NCBI GenBank assembly: GCA_050287085.1
Contig: JBNKBE010000017.1
Span: 64,419-128,418 of the forward strand
Direction: 5' to 3'
Origin: Polyangiaceae bacterium
GTDB lineage: Bacteria > Myxococcota_A > Polyangia > Polyangiales > Polyangiaceae
Length of the DNA stretch: 64,000 bases
In this document: positions 38,845 through 49,657 of the stretch, piece after piece
Numbering within the stretch: the first letter of the stretch is position 1
Layout of the letters: each line of letters opens with the position of its first letter
Notes under the pieces: generated by a model
Told to the model about the DNA's origin: nothing
Databases searched by the model: none
Seen by the model: only the letters and a program-made list of their open reading frames with translations
Position numbers and translations under genes: made by a program

Positions 38845-39106
38845 CTCGGCACCCTGTACGACGAGGTCTGACTTTGTCCAGATCTTCAACTCCGCCCGGT
38901 GGGGAGTTCCGGACTGACTATCAATCAACAATCAAGGTGGGGTCCGAAGCCGCACCGGGGTAGCACCCGCTGGGTGGCCGCGGCGCCGCCCCCTAAGCAT
39001 AAGGGAAGCCTCCCGCCGTCCGTTGTACTACCACGTGTTCTGCCATCTTGGCCCCTGGTGCGCGGACACTCGACCTGTGATAGAGCTCTACCGGGGAAAG
39101 GTAACT

Positions 39107-42100
39107 ATGATTTCGAGATTCGTTGTAGGGGGATGTCTGTGCGCCCTCGGGCTCGTCGCTACGTCCGCATGCCACACAACAACCGCAGAAGAGCGGAGCG
39201 AAGCGGCTCAAGCCGACGGACCCCGCCGCGCGCTCTCCTCCCCCCCCTCACCCGGCCCGCTGCTGGACACCCCCAGCCCCTTTGAAGCGCAAGACCCACT
39301 CCGGCTCGCGGCCATACTCGAACGAGCCCAACGCCGGGCAGGACTGGACTATGCCCTCAGCCCCGATGCCCGCGGCCAGGTTCGCTTGAGCAACGAGCGT
39401 CACCGGCTGGAAGGTCTCTTTGCCGGTCCTACTCTCGAACTACGCGGAAACGAGACGACCTCGGGGTGGCGGCACGAACTCGAGCTCGTTTCCTTTGGTC
39501 GAACAAAACAGCAAACCCCCGCGCTCTTGGGCACGCGTCTGGAGCAGAACCGAATCGTGTTGACCCGCAGCGGGCAGCTTGAGGAATGGTACCAAAACGG
39601 CCCCCTCGGGGTTGAGCAAGGCTTCGACCTTGGCTCGGCGCCCCCGGGGCAAGAAAGCGGCGAGGAACTCACTCTACGCCTTCGCTCCAGTGGTGATCTG
39701 CGGGCCGAGCGCGAGGGTTCCGGTGTCGTCTTCAAGGACACACTCGGTCGACGCAAGCTCGCACTTGGCGAACTCGTCGTCACGGACGCAACAGGGGCCA
39801 TTGTCCCGTCGCGCTTTGAGGTCGACGCAGCGCACGTGGCGCTGGTCATCAGCGATCAGCTGGCCAGCTATCCACTGCACGTCGACCCTCTGCTGAGCTA
39901 CGCCTCCATGGACCAGAAGCTCACCTCACCAGGCGCGGCGGCGGCAGGCCAATTCGGGGTGGCCCTCGATCTCTCAGGGAACCTCGCAGTCGTGGGTGCC
40001 CCGCTGGAAAACAGCAGCCAAGGCGCAGCCCACGTCTTCGCCTACAGCGGCGGAAACTGGGTCTTCCAGCAAACGCTTACAGCCCCAACGCCAGCAGCAG
40101 AAGAACATTTTGGACAGAGCGTTGCCATCGATGGAGGGCTTATCATCGTAGGAGCACCTGGGGACGGCACGGTCAACGGTAGCGCTGTCGTCTTCTCCAA
40201 CTCCGGCGGCGCTTGGGCACAGGTCGAAGAGTTGCTGCCCACAGAAAGCCCGGGGTTCTTCGGCTATTCGGTGGATATCCTCGGCACGCGTCTGCTGGTT
40301 GGTGCGCTGTTGGTCGACGGCATCGGCGCAGCTTACGTCTACGACGGCGATGGCAGCAATTGGAACGCCCCGCAGAAGCTGCAGACGAACACCGAGTACC
40401 TCGGTCAAACCGTCGCTCTCGGACGAGACACCACCGGGACGAGCGCCGTTGAGTATGCCGTAGTGGCCACGCCGTGGCCTTCCGGCTTCACGCAGCAGGG
40501 CGCGGCCTACGTATTCACCGAGACCAGTCCGGGTACTTGGAGCGCGGGCGAAGCCCTCACGCCTGGCGACGGCGCCGCGGGTGATCGCTTCGGAGGCTGC
40601 GCTGCCGCCTCCGGCAACCGGGTGGTGATCGGTGCCTCCAATGCGGAATCGATCGGTCCGGCCTCAGATCAGCGCGGCGCAGCCTACGTATTCGTGCGCA
40701 GCGGCGGCAGCTGGGGGCTCGAACAAAGACTCGAAGCGGCTGATGCGGATGGTGACCTGGACGCCAACGGCTCCGACACCGGTGCGCTATTCGGCACCAG
40801 CGTGGCGATCAGTGGAACTCGCGTGGCCATTGGCGCCCCTCGCGGCAGTGGCCACCTACCGGGAGCGGGTGAAGCCTATGTTTTCGATCTGAGTGGCGGC
40901 ACTTGGTCAGAAAGTGAACACTACTATGGTGGCTCGTCCGTCACGAGTGGCTTCTTCGGACGTAGTGTAGGACTTTCTGCCTCCGCTCTGCTCGTCGGGG
41001 CATTGAGCGACGACGGTGGGGCCAGCGCCAGCGGAGCCGCCTACGCAGTGCGCCTGCTGCCGCGCAAAGCCGCCAATTTTGAGCGCCTATTAAACAGCTC
41101 TGGTGACGGTATCGACGCTCAGGGCTACAGCGTAGCCGTTCGCGGAGCCTTGGCGGTGGTCGGCGCGCCGCTAGCCAATGCCGAACAAGGACAAGCCTTT
41201 GTCTTCACCTTCGATGGAAGCGACTGGAATGAAGTCGCCACACTCGTGGCCAGCGATGGTGCCGCCGGTGACCAGTTTGGTGAAAGCATCACCCTGTCCG
41301 CCGACGCGATCGTGATTGGTGCTCCCGATCAAAGTGGACCGGGCTCGGAAGCTCGCGCCGGGGCCGCATACGTATTTCCAGCACTCGGACTCTCAGGAAC
41401 CGTCAATGAGTCGGCCAAGCTCAGGGCTCCGTCCGCGCTTGCCGGTTCACGCTTTGGAGCACAACTTAGCATTGCGAGCAACACCCTAGTCGTGGGCGCT
41501 AGCCATGCGAGCACGGGCAGTGCATTCGTATTCGAAAGAAACGCCGGAGTCTGGAGCACCGGTACGGCGCTGCCCACGAGCGGACTGCAAACCGGCGACG
41601 CGATGGGCGCTGCCGTCGCCACCGACGGCCTCTTTGCAATGGTTGGCGCCCCCGGCGATGACAGCAACACCGGCAGGATCTACGTCTTCAAGCGCGGCGC
41701 GAGCGCATGGGAGGCCCACTCGGAACTCACGGCAAGCGCACCAAGCGTCGGCGACGCCTTGGGCATCAGCGTCTCACTCAGCAACGACATACTGGCCGTC
41801 GGCGCTCCCCAAACGGGCTCGGGACCGGGCAAGGCCGTCATCTTCCACTACGATACGGGAGCTGACACCTGGACCTTCGAGGCTGAGCTGACCGCTCCAC
41901 TGGCTGAGCAATCCACCGCCAATCCGGTGGGTACGTCCGTTCGCCTTCAGGGGCTACAGGCGCTTGTTGCTGCGACCAATCGCAGCTATCTATTTGGTCG
42001 CTCGGGCACGACTTGGAGTCAGCTGACGAGACTCGAAGCCGGAGCCACAGCTGAACAGGGAAGCGCCTTCGGCAGTGAGCACTTGCTGCTCGGACAGCCG

Positions 42101-44488
42101 CCTGTGGGAGCCGCTGTATTCTCCCCATCAGGCTCCCTCGGTGGCGCGTGCAGTAGCGACTTCGACTGTCTGTCGCAACACTGCGTCGGCAACACATGCG
42201 TGGAATGCACGACGGCAACCGCCACGTTCGACTGTGACGATGGCCTGTGGTGCAACGGAACCGAAAGCTGCGTCAGCAATAGCTGTCAGGTGGGGGTCGA
42301 TCCAGTCGATGACGGCATCGCGTGTACGGTCGACGTCTGCGATGAAGACACCGACTCCGTCACGCACTCTCCGGACGACACCGACTGCGACGACGCCAAC
42401 GCGTGTAACGGCGCGGAGACGTGTAGCGAAACCCTTGGGTGTCTAGCGGGCACGCCCATCGACACAGACGATGGGGTCGACTGCACGCTGGATACGTGTG
42501 AGCCCGCTACCGGACAAGTAACGCATTCTCCGAATAGCAGCGCATGCTCCGACGCCGACGCGTGCAATGGTATCGAGTACTGTGATTCGGTGCTCGGCTG
42601 TCTTCCTGGCGCGGCCCCCGTGGTCGACGACGGCGTAGACTGCACTACTGACAGCTGCAACTCGAGCACGGGGCTAGTGACCCACGTCCCCAATCACACC
42701 GCCTGCGACAACGGTGAGGCCTGCGACGGCAGTGAGCTGTGTGATGCCTCCCTCGGTTGCCAAACTGGAACTCCTATGGTGTGTGACGACGGCGTTCCAT
42801 GCACGACGGACCAGTGCACCAACTCCGCGTGCGTGTATACACCCAACGACGCGCAGTGCCCCGGCGGCCTCAGCTGCAATGCAACCATTGGCTGTACAAG
42901 CTGCGGCACAACGGCGCAAGAATGTCAGACCGGCGGAACCGCCTGTTCACCCGAATGCACATGTAGCGCCGGCTACGTCGGCAACGGAACGACCTGCAAG
43001 ACCCAGTGCGGGGATGGAATTATCGCTGGCAGTGAGGTCTGCGACGCTGATGCCTTTGGCGGGATCACCTGCGAAAGCATGGGCAGCGCCACCGGCAGGG
43101 GCGGGCACCTATTTTGCCTGGACGATTGCACCCGAATCACAGCCACGCAATGCGACGCCGACTCCGACGGAGTTGCAGACCAGAGCGACAACTGCCCCTC
43201 GGACGCGAACGAAGATCAGCTCGATAGCGACGGTGACGCAAACAGCGTGGGAGGAGACGCGTGTGACCCCGACGATGACAACGACGGGGTCGTCGATAGC
43301 GCGGACCCTGCCCCACTCGACGCGACCCTATGCGGCGATAGCGACGGCGACACATGTGACGACTGCAGCGCCGGCGGGGGCTTCGCTCCGAACGATGATG
43401 GCGCTGACACAGACGCTGACGGCATCTGCGACGCAGGCAGCGGTGATATCGACGGAGATGGCGTGCCGAACATGGCCGACAACTGCCCCAGCGACGCCAA
43501 TCCCACGCAGGGCGATGGCGACGGCGACGGTGTGGGGAACGTCTGTGATGCCGACCGGGACGGCGACGGGCTCGACAACAGCGAAGACCTCTGTCCCGAC
43601 GTCGAAGACCCGATGCAGGCCGACACGGACCATGACGGCCAGGGTGACTTCTGCGATGACGACCCCGGGAGCGGCGTAATATCCGTGACGGTCATGGCCC
43701 GTAGTCGCACCATTCAGCTCGGGGATCTGACGCTTTACGTGCCGGCGAACGCTTTCGAACAAGATACACGTGTTGTCATCTACGAGAGCCCGGCCCAGGC
43801 GCCCCAACCCGAAGACGCGCGCAGCGCCGTCTACGAGATTCAGCTCTCCAGCTCTCCCAAATCTGCGCTTGAAGCGTGCATCGTAGCCGAGATGGGAGGA
43901 GCCGACGCCATCTCAGCCTATGCGACCACGTGGAAGACCCTCCCGCAAGGACCACAAACATCCCTCGAGGAACCCTGTGGGCAGCTCGATAGCGGAGCTT
44001 CGATCGCCGCAACCGGTACCCCCCCCGACACGACTCCGGACGGGGAGATGGGGAGTGGCGGCATGTCCGCCGGAGGTGAGGGCAACGTGCCTGAAGACTC
44101 CCCAGCGGCCGACGGCGGTAGCCTCAATGCCGACGACCTGCTGCGTGACGGCGGCCTGCCAAACCTGGGAGATCTCAGCGACGAAGAGCGCGACCGGCTA
44201 CGCGACGCGGGGTTCACCGACGACCAGCTGGACGACCTTGAAGCTCTGCTCGATGAGGACGGGGGTCTGTTTCTGGATGGCGGGATCCCGCTGCCCGACT
44301 TCCCGGCTATCGACACCAGCTGTGGTTGCCGGATTGGGGCTGAGCAGAAACGCTCTGCCCCAACCCACCTGCTCGCGCTGTGCGTATTCGGTGTCCTGGC
44401 GCTGAGGTTGCGGGGGCGACGCGGCTTGGGCTCCTCGCAGCCTTCCCGTCCGGGCCCCACGCACCAAAGGCGTCGCGGGACGCGGTAG
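39107..44488 (+). CDS. Large cell-surface protein: FG-GAP propellers, Cys-rich repeats, TSP3 Ca-binding repeats and MYXO-CTERM-like anchor
   Basis: Signal/lipobox LVATSAC, many 'FG.SVA.SG...VVGAP...GAAYVF' repeats, CDDG..CT.D.C repeats and DNCPSDANEDQLDSDGD. C-terminal SCGCRIG followed by a TM helix and basic tail. Start ATG 39107. Confidence 0.9.
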   Translation: MISRFVVGGCLCALGLVATSACHTTTAEERSEAAQADGPRRALSSPPSPGPLLDTPSPFEAQDPLRLAAILERAQRRAGLDYALSPDARGQVRLSNERHRLEGLFAGPTLELRGNETTSGWRHELELVSFGRTKQQTPALLGTRLEQNRIVLTRSGQLEEWYQNGPLGVEQGFDLGSAPPGQESGEELTLRLRSSGDLRAEREGSGVVFKDTLGRRKLALGELVVTDATGAIVPSRFEVDAAHVALVISDQLASYPLHVDPLLSYASMDQKLTSPGAAAAGQFGVALDLSGNLAVVGAPLENSSQGAAHVFAYSGGNWVFQQTLTAPTPAAEEHFGQSVAIDGGLIIVGAPGDGTVNGSAVVFSNSGGAWAQVEELLPTESPGFFGYSVDILGTRLLVGALLVDGIGAAYVYDGDGSNWNAPQKLQTNTEYLGQTVALGRDTTGTSAVEYAVVATPWPSGFTQQGAAYVFTETSPGTWSAGEALTPGDGAAGDRFGGCAAASGNRVVIGASNAESIGPASDQRGAAYVFVRSGGSWGLEQRLEAADADGDLDANGSDTGALFGTSVAISGTRVAIGAPRGSGHLPGAGEAYVFDLSGGTWSESEHYYGGSSVTSGFFGRSVGLSASALLVGALSDDGGASASGAAYAVRLLPRKAANFERLLNSSGDGIDAQGYSVAVRGALAVVGAPLANAEQGQAFVFTFDGSDWNEVATLVASDGAAGDQFGESITLSADAIVIGAPDQSGPGSEARAGAAYVFPALGLSGTVNESAKLRAPSALAGSRFGAQLSIASNTLVVGASHASTGSAFVFERNAGVWSTGTALPTSGLQTGDAMGAAVATDGLFAMVGAPGDDSNTGRIYVFKRGASAWEAHSELTASAPSVGDALGISVSLSNDILAVGAPQTGSGPGKAVIFHYDTGADTWTFEAELTAPLAEQSTANPVGTSVRLQGLQALVAATNRSYLFGRSGTTWSQLTRLEAGATAEQGSAFGSEHLLLGQPPVGAAVFSPSGSLGGACSSDFDCLSQHCVGNTCVECTTATATFDCDDGLWCNGTESCVSNSCQVGVDPVDDGIACTVDVCDEDTDSVTHSPDDTDCDDANACNGAETCSETLGCLAGTPIDTDDGVDCTLDTCEPATGQVTHSPNSSACSDADACNGIEYCDSVLGCLPGAAPVVDDGVDCTTDSCNSSTGLVTHVPNHTACDNGEACDGSELCDASLGCQTGTPMVCDDGVPCTTDQCTNSACVYTPNDAQCPGGLSCNATIGCTSCGTTAQECQTGGTACSPECTCSAGYVGNGTTCKTQCGDGIIAGSEVCDADAFGGITCESMGSATGRGGHLFCLDDCTRITATQCDADSDGVADQSDNCPSDANEDQLDSDGDANSVGGDACDPDDDNDGVVDSADPAPLDATLCGDSDGDTCDDCSAGGGFAPNDDGADTDADGICDAGSGDIDGDGVPNMADNCPSDANPTQGDGDGDGVGNVCDADRDGDGLDNSEDLCPDVEDPMQADTDHDGQGDFCDDDPGSGVISVTVMARSRTIQLGDLTLYVPANAFEQDTRVVIYESPAQAPQPEDARSAVYEIQLSSSPKSALEACIVAEMGGADAISAYATTWKTLPQGPQTSLEEPCGQLDSGASIAATGTPPDTTPDGEMGSGGMSAGGEGNVPEDSPAADGGSLNADDLLRDGGLPNLGDLSDEERDRLRDAGFTDDQLDDLEALLDEDGGLFLDGGIPLPDFPAIDTSCGCRIGAEQKRSAPTHLLALCVFGVLALRLRGRRGLGSSQPSRPGPTHQRRRGTR

Positions 44489-44538
44489 GATCGGCCAAGG
44501 ACTTGGCCCCCGTGCCCCGCGAGTGCAACGCTAGTTCC

Positions 44539-45888
44539 GTGACGCGCTTTTTCCGCTCGAACCTGGCGGCGCTGGCGATCTGGGCTGGCCTCGGCTCGGC
44601 CTGTTCCGCCAGCGTATCGGGTAAGGTCAGCACAGCTGATGACGTCGAAGGAGCAACCGCTGAGGAGAATGCGGCCCCCGCAGACGCCAAGGCTTTCGCC
44701 GCCCTCGAGGATCCCGATTTCAACGAGGCGCCTGAATCCGCTCGCGTCGGCGAAGCGGCGCTGCTCGGTGCCCGGCATGACCTCTACCTCAAGGGCAACG
44801 GGCGGGTCGTTTGCGGCTGCATGCAGGCGACGGCTGGTCCCGCCTACACGCCTGGATTGGTGTGGGACGCCACCGTTCCGCGCCTGGATCTCGACTCTCA
44901 GGTGGCGCTTGCCATTTCCGACGGCGCCGATTGCGCGGGAGCCCCAACGGGAGCCGAAGGCGCGAGCTACCGCGGCTATCAGCAGCAAGGCAACGACGTC
45001 ATCGTGCTGCTCGAAGCAGCCCGCGCCGGCAAGCCCCAAGTATCCGGCGCCGTGGTACCCAAACCCGTAGCCGGGGGCCGCTTGATACTCAGCCCTTTCA
45101 AGCCCGACCTGCCTTATGGCCGAGGCGAAGACGAGAAGGGTTGTGTGGTCCTGGGGGCCGCTGAGCCTGAGAAGACGGATGGCCGTGCAGTCGCAACCCA
45201 GCGCCGCATCGCTCCTGCCCCGGCTTCCGATTCCAAGTCGCTGACCCGCGTCGATGTACAACGCACGGAGCTCGATAAGCCAAGCTTCGAGGACATCAAC
45301 GCACCGGAAGAATACAACGAAGACGAGGTGCCAAGTCTCCGCGACGGCCTGTTGGTGCGCGCGAGCCTGGGGCTCGAGTACCTGACCTTGAAGTCAGGCG
45401 GAACCGATCCCAGCGTTGATATCACGGGACTCGGTGCCGGCTTCAGCTTGTTCATCGGTGGCGCCCTTTCGCCGGGTAGTACCGTCGGCGCAGTGCTCGG
45501 CGGCAGCTCCGCTGAGAATCCGGAAGCCAGCTCTGACACAGCTGGACTCGCGCTGACGGGCACTCGACTCAATGCGTTCCGCGTTGGATTGTTCGGCGAT
45601 ATCTACCCCTGGGAAACGAGCGAGTTTCACCTGGGAATGGAGGTCACGGCGACCCGCGTCGGCTTCTCGGGGCGGGGCAATCCCGCCGCTCCGGTTACGG
45701 GTCTGGGGCTGGGCGCGTCGCTCGGCTACGATCTCTGGCTGAGTCGACATGTTAGCCTGGGACTGATGGCGACTTTCCAATACGCCCTGCTACCCAGCCA
45801 TCAGTTCTCACAGGTTCTGTCAACGGCAGAAAGCACCATGAGTCATCTTCTTGTCCCCGGACTCGCTCTGGACATTGCCTACCACTGA
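44539..45888 (+). CDS. Lipoprotein with C-terminal putative outer-membrane beta-barrel
   Basis: Lipobox LGSAC. The C-terminal ~180 aa are Gly/aromatic amphipathic strands (GLGAGFSLFIGG, GLGLGASLGYDLW, GLALDIAYH). Start GTG 44539. Confidence 0.65.
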   Translation: MTRFFRSNLAALAIWAGLGSACSASVSGKVSTADDVEGATAEENAAPADAKAFAALEDPDFNEAPESARVGEAALLGARHDLYLKGNGRVVCGCMQATAGPAYTPGLVWDATVPRLDLDSQVALAISDGADCAGAPTGAEGASYRGYQQQGNDVIVLLEAARAGKPQVSGAVVPKPVAGGRLILSPFKPDLPYGRGEDEKGCVVLGAAEPEKTDGRAVATQRRIAPAPASDSKSLTRVDVQRTELDKPSFEDINAPEEYNEDEVPSLRDGLLVRASLGLEYLTLKSGGTDPSVDITGLGAGFSLFIGGALSPGSTVGAVLGGSSAENPEASSDTAGLALTGTRLNAFRVGLFGDIYPWETSEFHLGMEVTATRVGFSGRGNPAAPVTGLGLGASLGYDLWLSRHVSLGLMATFQYALLPSHQFSQVLSTAESTMSHLLVPGLALDIAYH

Positions 45889-45953
45889 GTCGAGCCCACC
45901 ACCCCTATCCTTTGAGCTTTACAGGGACCTTCCAGCGGGCGATGGGTGGATTC

Positions 45954-46301
45954 ATGACGGCGGTTTCGCGCAGGCTTCTCAGACTTGCCATCTCAGCGCT
46001 GGCAGCAACGTGGGCACTGGCTTTGACTTCCTGCTCCACGTCTCAGCTGTGCCGTCCTGATCCCGCCACCGGAGTGATGCAATGCGTTCAGCGCGGAACA
46101 AGTCCCGGTGGGGCAGCCTTGACGGCCGCCGGAGCGGGCGTTTTGTGGGTCACTCAGGGTGGCTGCCGCGCAACCGGCTGCCACCCGCCCCTGGAATGCA
46201 ATCCCGCATCGGGCCTGTGCGAGGCCCCTCGCTGCGGAGAGGGCCTTTCGCCATGTCCCGACAACACAACCTGTGATCACGCGACTTACACCTGCCGCTA
46301 G
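45954..46301 (+). CDS. Small Cys-rich lipoprotein
   Basis: Lipobox ALTSC and 11 Cys in total, with two EGF-like Cys clusters at the C-terminus. Confidence 0.7.
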   Translation: MTAVSRRLLRLAISALAATWALALTSCSTSQLCRPDPATGVMQCVQRGTSPGGAALTAAGAGVLWVTQGGCRATGCHPPLECNPASGLCEAPRCGEGLSPCPDNTTCDHATYTCR

Positions 46302-46349
46302 CCCGCGCAGGTAAGAGTCGAGGCCGCGGCTCTCAGGTCTGCGCCGGCG

Positions 46350-47843
46350 TCACAACGCGCCGAGTTCGGGGTACAGCGGGAAACGCCCAAGCAGCGAGGA
46401 CACGCGTGAGAGGGCCTCGCTCCTGATAGCGTCGTCTACGACGTACTTCGCGCGACTCGGCTCCCCTGACGGGGTTGTCGCCGGCCGTGTATTGCTCAGC
46501 ACACGATGCGTAATCGCCGCAATTTCCGCCATTTCCTCACGGCCCATACCCAACGTAGTCGTGGCCGGAGTACCCAAGCGCAATCCACTCGTGTACCAGG
46601 GCCCATTGGGATCGCTCGGCAAGGAGTTTCGGTTGAGCGTCACACCACATTCGCGCAGTACGGACTCCGCTTGGCGCCCCGTGAGACCATAGCTATCCGA
46701 GACATTGACAAGCAGCAGGTGGTTGTCGCTGCCCTCGGTCAGCACGCGCATGCCCTGGGCCAAACAGGCCTCAGCCAGCGCGCGGGAGTTTGCGACAATG
46801 CGCTGCGCGTAGTCCGCAAACGCCGGCGCTTGGGCCTCACGGAAAGCTACGGCCTTGGCACACATCACGTGCGGCAAGGGGCCGCCGAGCACCGCAGGAC
46901 AACCCTTATCAACGGCGTCCGCGTACTCCTTGGTACACAGCACCATGCCACCGCGGGGCCCGCGCAATGTCTTGTGCGTGGTCGTCGTTACCACGTGAGC
47001 ATGAGCCACTGGGTCATAGTCTCCCGTGAACACCTTGCCCGCCACTAGCCCCGCGAAGTGCGCCATGTCGACCATGAAGGTTGCACCAACCTCATCCGCC
47101 ATCTCGCGCATCTTGGCGAAGTTGAGCTTCCGCGGGTAGGCGCTGTAGCCAGCCAGCAAGATACGCGGACGAAGCTCTCGCACCTGGGCGGCCAATGCGT
47201 CGAGGTCCACGAGCCCTGTCTCGGGATGCACGCTGTACGTGTGAGCGTCAAATAGATGTCCCGAGAAGTTGTATCGATAGCCGTGGGTCAGATGCCCACC
47301 GGAGTAGTAATCTAGAGCTAGCAGGCGTTGCCCATGCAGGGCCTGCCGCACCTCATCCCACTGCTCGCGCGTCAGCTTGGCGAGATTCTGCTCTCCAAAC
47401 CGTTCCAGCAGAGGGGCCTGAACGGTATGTGCCAAGATGGCGGAGAACGCGACCATATTGGCATCCGCACCCGAATGGGGCTGCACGTAGGCATGGTCCG
47501 CGCCGAACAGCTCACAGGCGAGGCGAGACGCCTCAGCTTCAACGGTGTCCACATGATCGCACCCGGCATAGAAGCGATGCCCGGAGATCCCCTCGGCGTA
47601 TTTATCGGTGAACCAGTTACCCTGAGCTAGCTGAACAGCCAGCGAGCTGTAATTCTCGCTAGCAATCAGCTTCAGGTTGGAGCGCTGCGCGCGCAGTTCC
47701 TCGACGATCGCGCTTGCCACTGTGGGACTTACAGTTGCCACGTGATCGAGGGACGCCAAACAGGCCGCAGTCGCGGCATTGGGGGCGGCCCCATCCAGCG
47801 ACGAAAGGTAGTTGACCAAACGGGAAGAAGAATTCTGGGACAT
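46350..47843 (-). CDS. glyA: Serine hydroxymethyltransferase (long form)
   Basis: LKLIASENY, KYAEG, QPHSGADAN, GGHLTHG, DMAHFAGLVAG and PLP-Lys motif TTTHKTLRGPRGG. Confidence 0.96.
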   Translation of the reverse strand: MSQNSSSRLVNYLSSLDGAAPNAATAACLASLDHVATVSPTVASAIVEELRAQRSNLKLIASENYSSLAVQLAQGNWFTDKYAEGISGHRFYAGCDHVDTVEAEASRLACELFGADHAYVQPHSGADANMVAFSAILAHTVQAPLLERFGEQNLAKLTREQWDEVRQALHGQRLLALDYYSGGHLTHGYRYNFSGHLFDAHTYSVHPETGLVDLDALAAQVRELRPRILLAGYSAYPRKLNFAKMREMADEVGATFMVDMAHFAGLVAGKVFTGDYDPVAHAHVVTTTTHKTLRGPRGGMVLCTKEYADAVDKGCPAVLGGPLPHVMCAKAVAFREAQAPAFADYAQRIVANSRALAEACLAQGMRVLTEGSDNHLLLVNVSDSYGLTGRQAESVLRECGVTLNRNSLPSDPNGPWYTSGLRLGTPATTTLGMGREEMAEIAAITHRVLSNTRPATTPSGEPSRAKYVVDDAIRSEALSRVSSLLGRFPLYPELGAL

Positions 47844-47851
47844 GGGCGCTC

Positions 47852-49657
47852 CTATTGAACCTTTGGACTCGCGCTTTTTTCCGGAAGACGCAATCGAATG
47901 TGCACGTCACGGAGCTGACGTTCACTCACCTCCGAAGGCGCTCCCATCATCAGATCGCGCGCGTTCTGCGCGAGCGGGAATGCTATAATCTCTCGAATTC
48001 CGGTCTCCTGAGCCAACAGCATGACGATGCGGTCCAAGCCTGGAGCCAAACCACCATGGGGCGGAGCCCCATATTGAAAAGCGTTGAAGAGCGCACCGAA
48101 ACGCTCCTCGACGTCGCTCTGGGTGTAGCCGGCAATTTCGAAGGCCTTGACCATCACATCTGGCCGGTGATTTCGAATCGCGCCGCTCGATAGCTCGATA
48201 CCGTTGCAAACGATATCGTATTGGTAGGCGAGAATATCCAGCGGGTCCTTGTTCTCGAGCGCTTCGAGTTCGCCCTGCGGCATGGAGAACGGATTGTGAC
48301 TGAAGTCGATTCCGCCAGTGTCCTTGTTCTTTTCGAACATCGGGAAATCCGTGATCCAGCAGAACTTGTATTGTTCTTTGCTGATGAGATCGAGCTGCTG
48401 CCCGAGTTCCGTTCGAACGGCCCCCCCCCAACCGCAGGCGTCCCCTTCATCACCACACACGAAGAAGATGGCGTCGCCTGCAACGGCGCCGGTTCTTTCC
48501 GATATCCGAGCCAGGCGCTCTTCATCCAAGAACTTGGCAAGGGGCCCCTTCGGCTTGTCTGAAAGCACGACGTAGGCGAGGCCTGGCGCTCCTAGGCTCT
48601 TGCTAAACTCGATGAGATTATCAAAGAATTTTCGAGGCTTATCCGCCACCTGGGGCGCCTTCAGAGCGCGCACGACAGCCCCCGCCTCGACCGCGCCGGC
48701 AAATGCGCGAAACTCGCTCCCCCGGAACACATCCGTCGCGTCGCACAGCTCAAGGGGATTTCGGAGGTCAGGCTTGTCGGAGCCGTACTTCAGCATCGCC
48801 TCGCGATAAGGGATCTGCGGAAACGGCGCATCGGTGACTGGCCAATCAGAAAACTCGCGGAACACGCCAACCAGAATGGGCTCGACCGCCGCGAAGACAT
48901 CCGCTTGCGTGACAAAGGACATCTCAACGTCGAGCTGGTAGAACTCACCGGGCGAGCGATCAGCGCGGGCATCTTCATCGCGAAAGCAGGGAGCGAGCTG
49001 GAAGTAGCGATCAAAGCCGCCCACCATGAACAGCTGCTTGAACATCTGGGGCGCCTGAGGCAGCGCAAAAAAGCGCCCCGGATAGATGCGACTCGGCACC
49101 AGGAAGTCACGAGCGCCCTCCGGTGAGCTTGCGGTCAGAATCGGAGTCTGCAGCTCCAGAAACCCGGCCTCCGTCATCCGTCGTCGAAGACTCGAAGCGA
49201 CCGCCGAACGCAAGATGACGTTCTTATGCATGGCCTCACGGCGGAGATCCAAGAAGCGATAGGTGAGCCGCTGCTCCTCGGGCGGCACGATTTCCGATGC
49301 CACCTGAAAAGGCAGAGCCTTGCATTCCGAAATCACGACCACGGCGTCAGCGCGCAATTCGATCCGTCCGGTATCCACGTTGGGGTTGACGTTGGTCTCG
49401 TCACGCGCCAGCACTTTGCCGGTTACCGTGAGAACAGACTCCAGTTTGGACGCCTCCAGCTGGGCAAAAGCCGGCTCGCCCTGTTCCGCCACCACCTGCG
49501 TAACGCCGTAGTGATCGCGCAGGTCTACAAACAGCAGGTTGCCATGGTCGCGCTTGCGGTGAACCCAGCCGGATAGCCGAGCCACGTGGCCCACATGCTC
49601 CTCCCGGAGCTGGCCACAGGTATGAGACCGGAAGCGATGGAGAGTGTCCGAGGTCAT
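47852..49657 (-). CDS. aspS: Aspartate--tRNA ligase
   Basis: [48 protein letters not shown] and YGAPPHGG. Start ATG 49657. Confidence 0.97.
   Translation of the reverse strand: MTSDTLHRFRSHTCGQLREEHVGHVARLSGWVHRKRDHGNLLFVDLRDHYGVTQVVAEQGEPAFAQLEASKLESVLTVTGKVLARDETNVNPNVDTGRIELRADAVVVISECKALPFQVASEIVPPEEQRLTYRFLDLRREAMHKNVILRSAVASSLRRRMTEAGFLELQTPILTASSPEGARDFLVPSRIYPGRFFALPQAPQMFKQLFMVGGFDRYFQLAPCFRDEDARADRSPGEFYQLDVEMSFVTQADVFAAVEPILVGVFREFSDWPVTDAPFPQIPYREAMLKYGSDKPDLRNPLELCDATDVFRGSEFRAFAGAVEAGAVVRALKAPQVADKPRKFFDNLIEFSKSLGAPGLAYVVLSDKPKGPLAKFLDEERLARISERTGAVAGDAIFFVCGDEGDACGWGGAVRTELGQQLDLISKEQYKFCWITDFPMFEKNKDTGGIDFSHNPFSMPQGELEALENKDPLDILAYQYDIVCNGIELSSGAIRNHRPDVMVKAFEIAGYTQSDVEERFGALFNAFQYGAPPHGGLAPGLDRIVMLLAQETGIREIIAFPLAQNARDLMMGAPSEVSERQLRDVHIRLRLPEKSASPKVQ

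Noticed and set aside
43918..45261. 447-aa minus-strand ORF, and similar long antisense ORFs such as 5013-5960 and 60943-61935
   Set aside because: These are antisense shadows of well-supported genes, expected in high-GC DNA.
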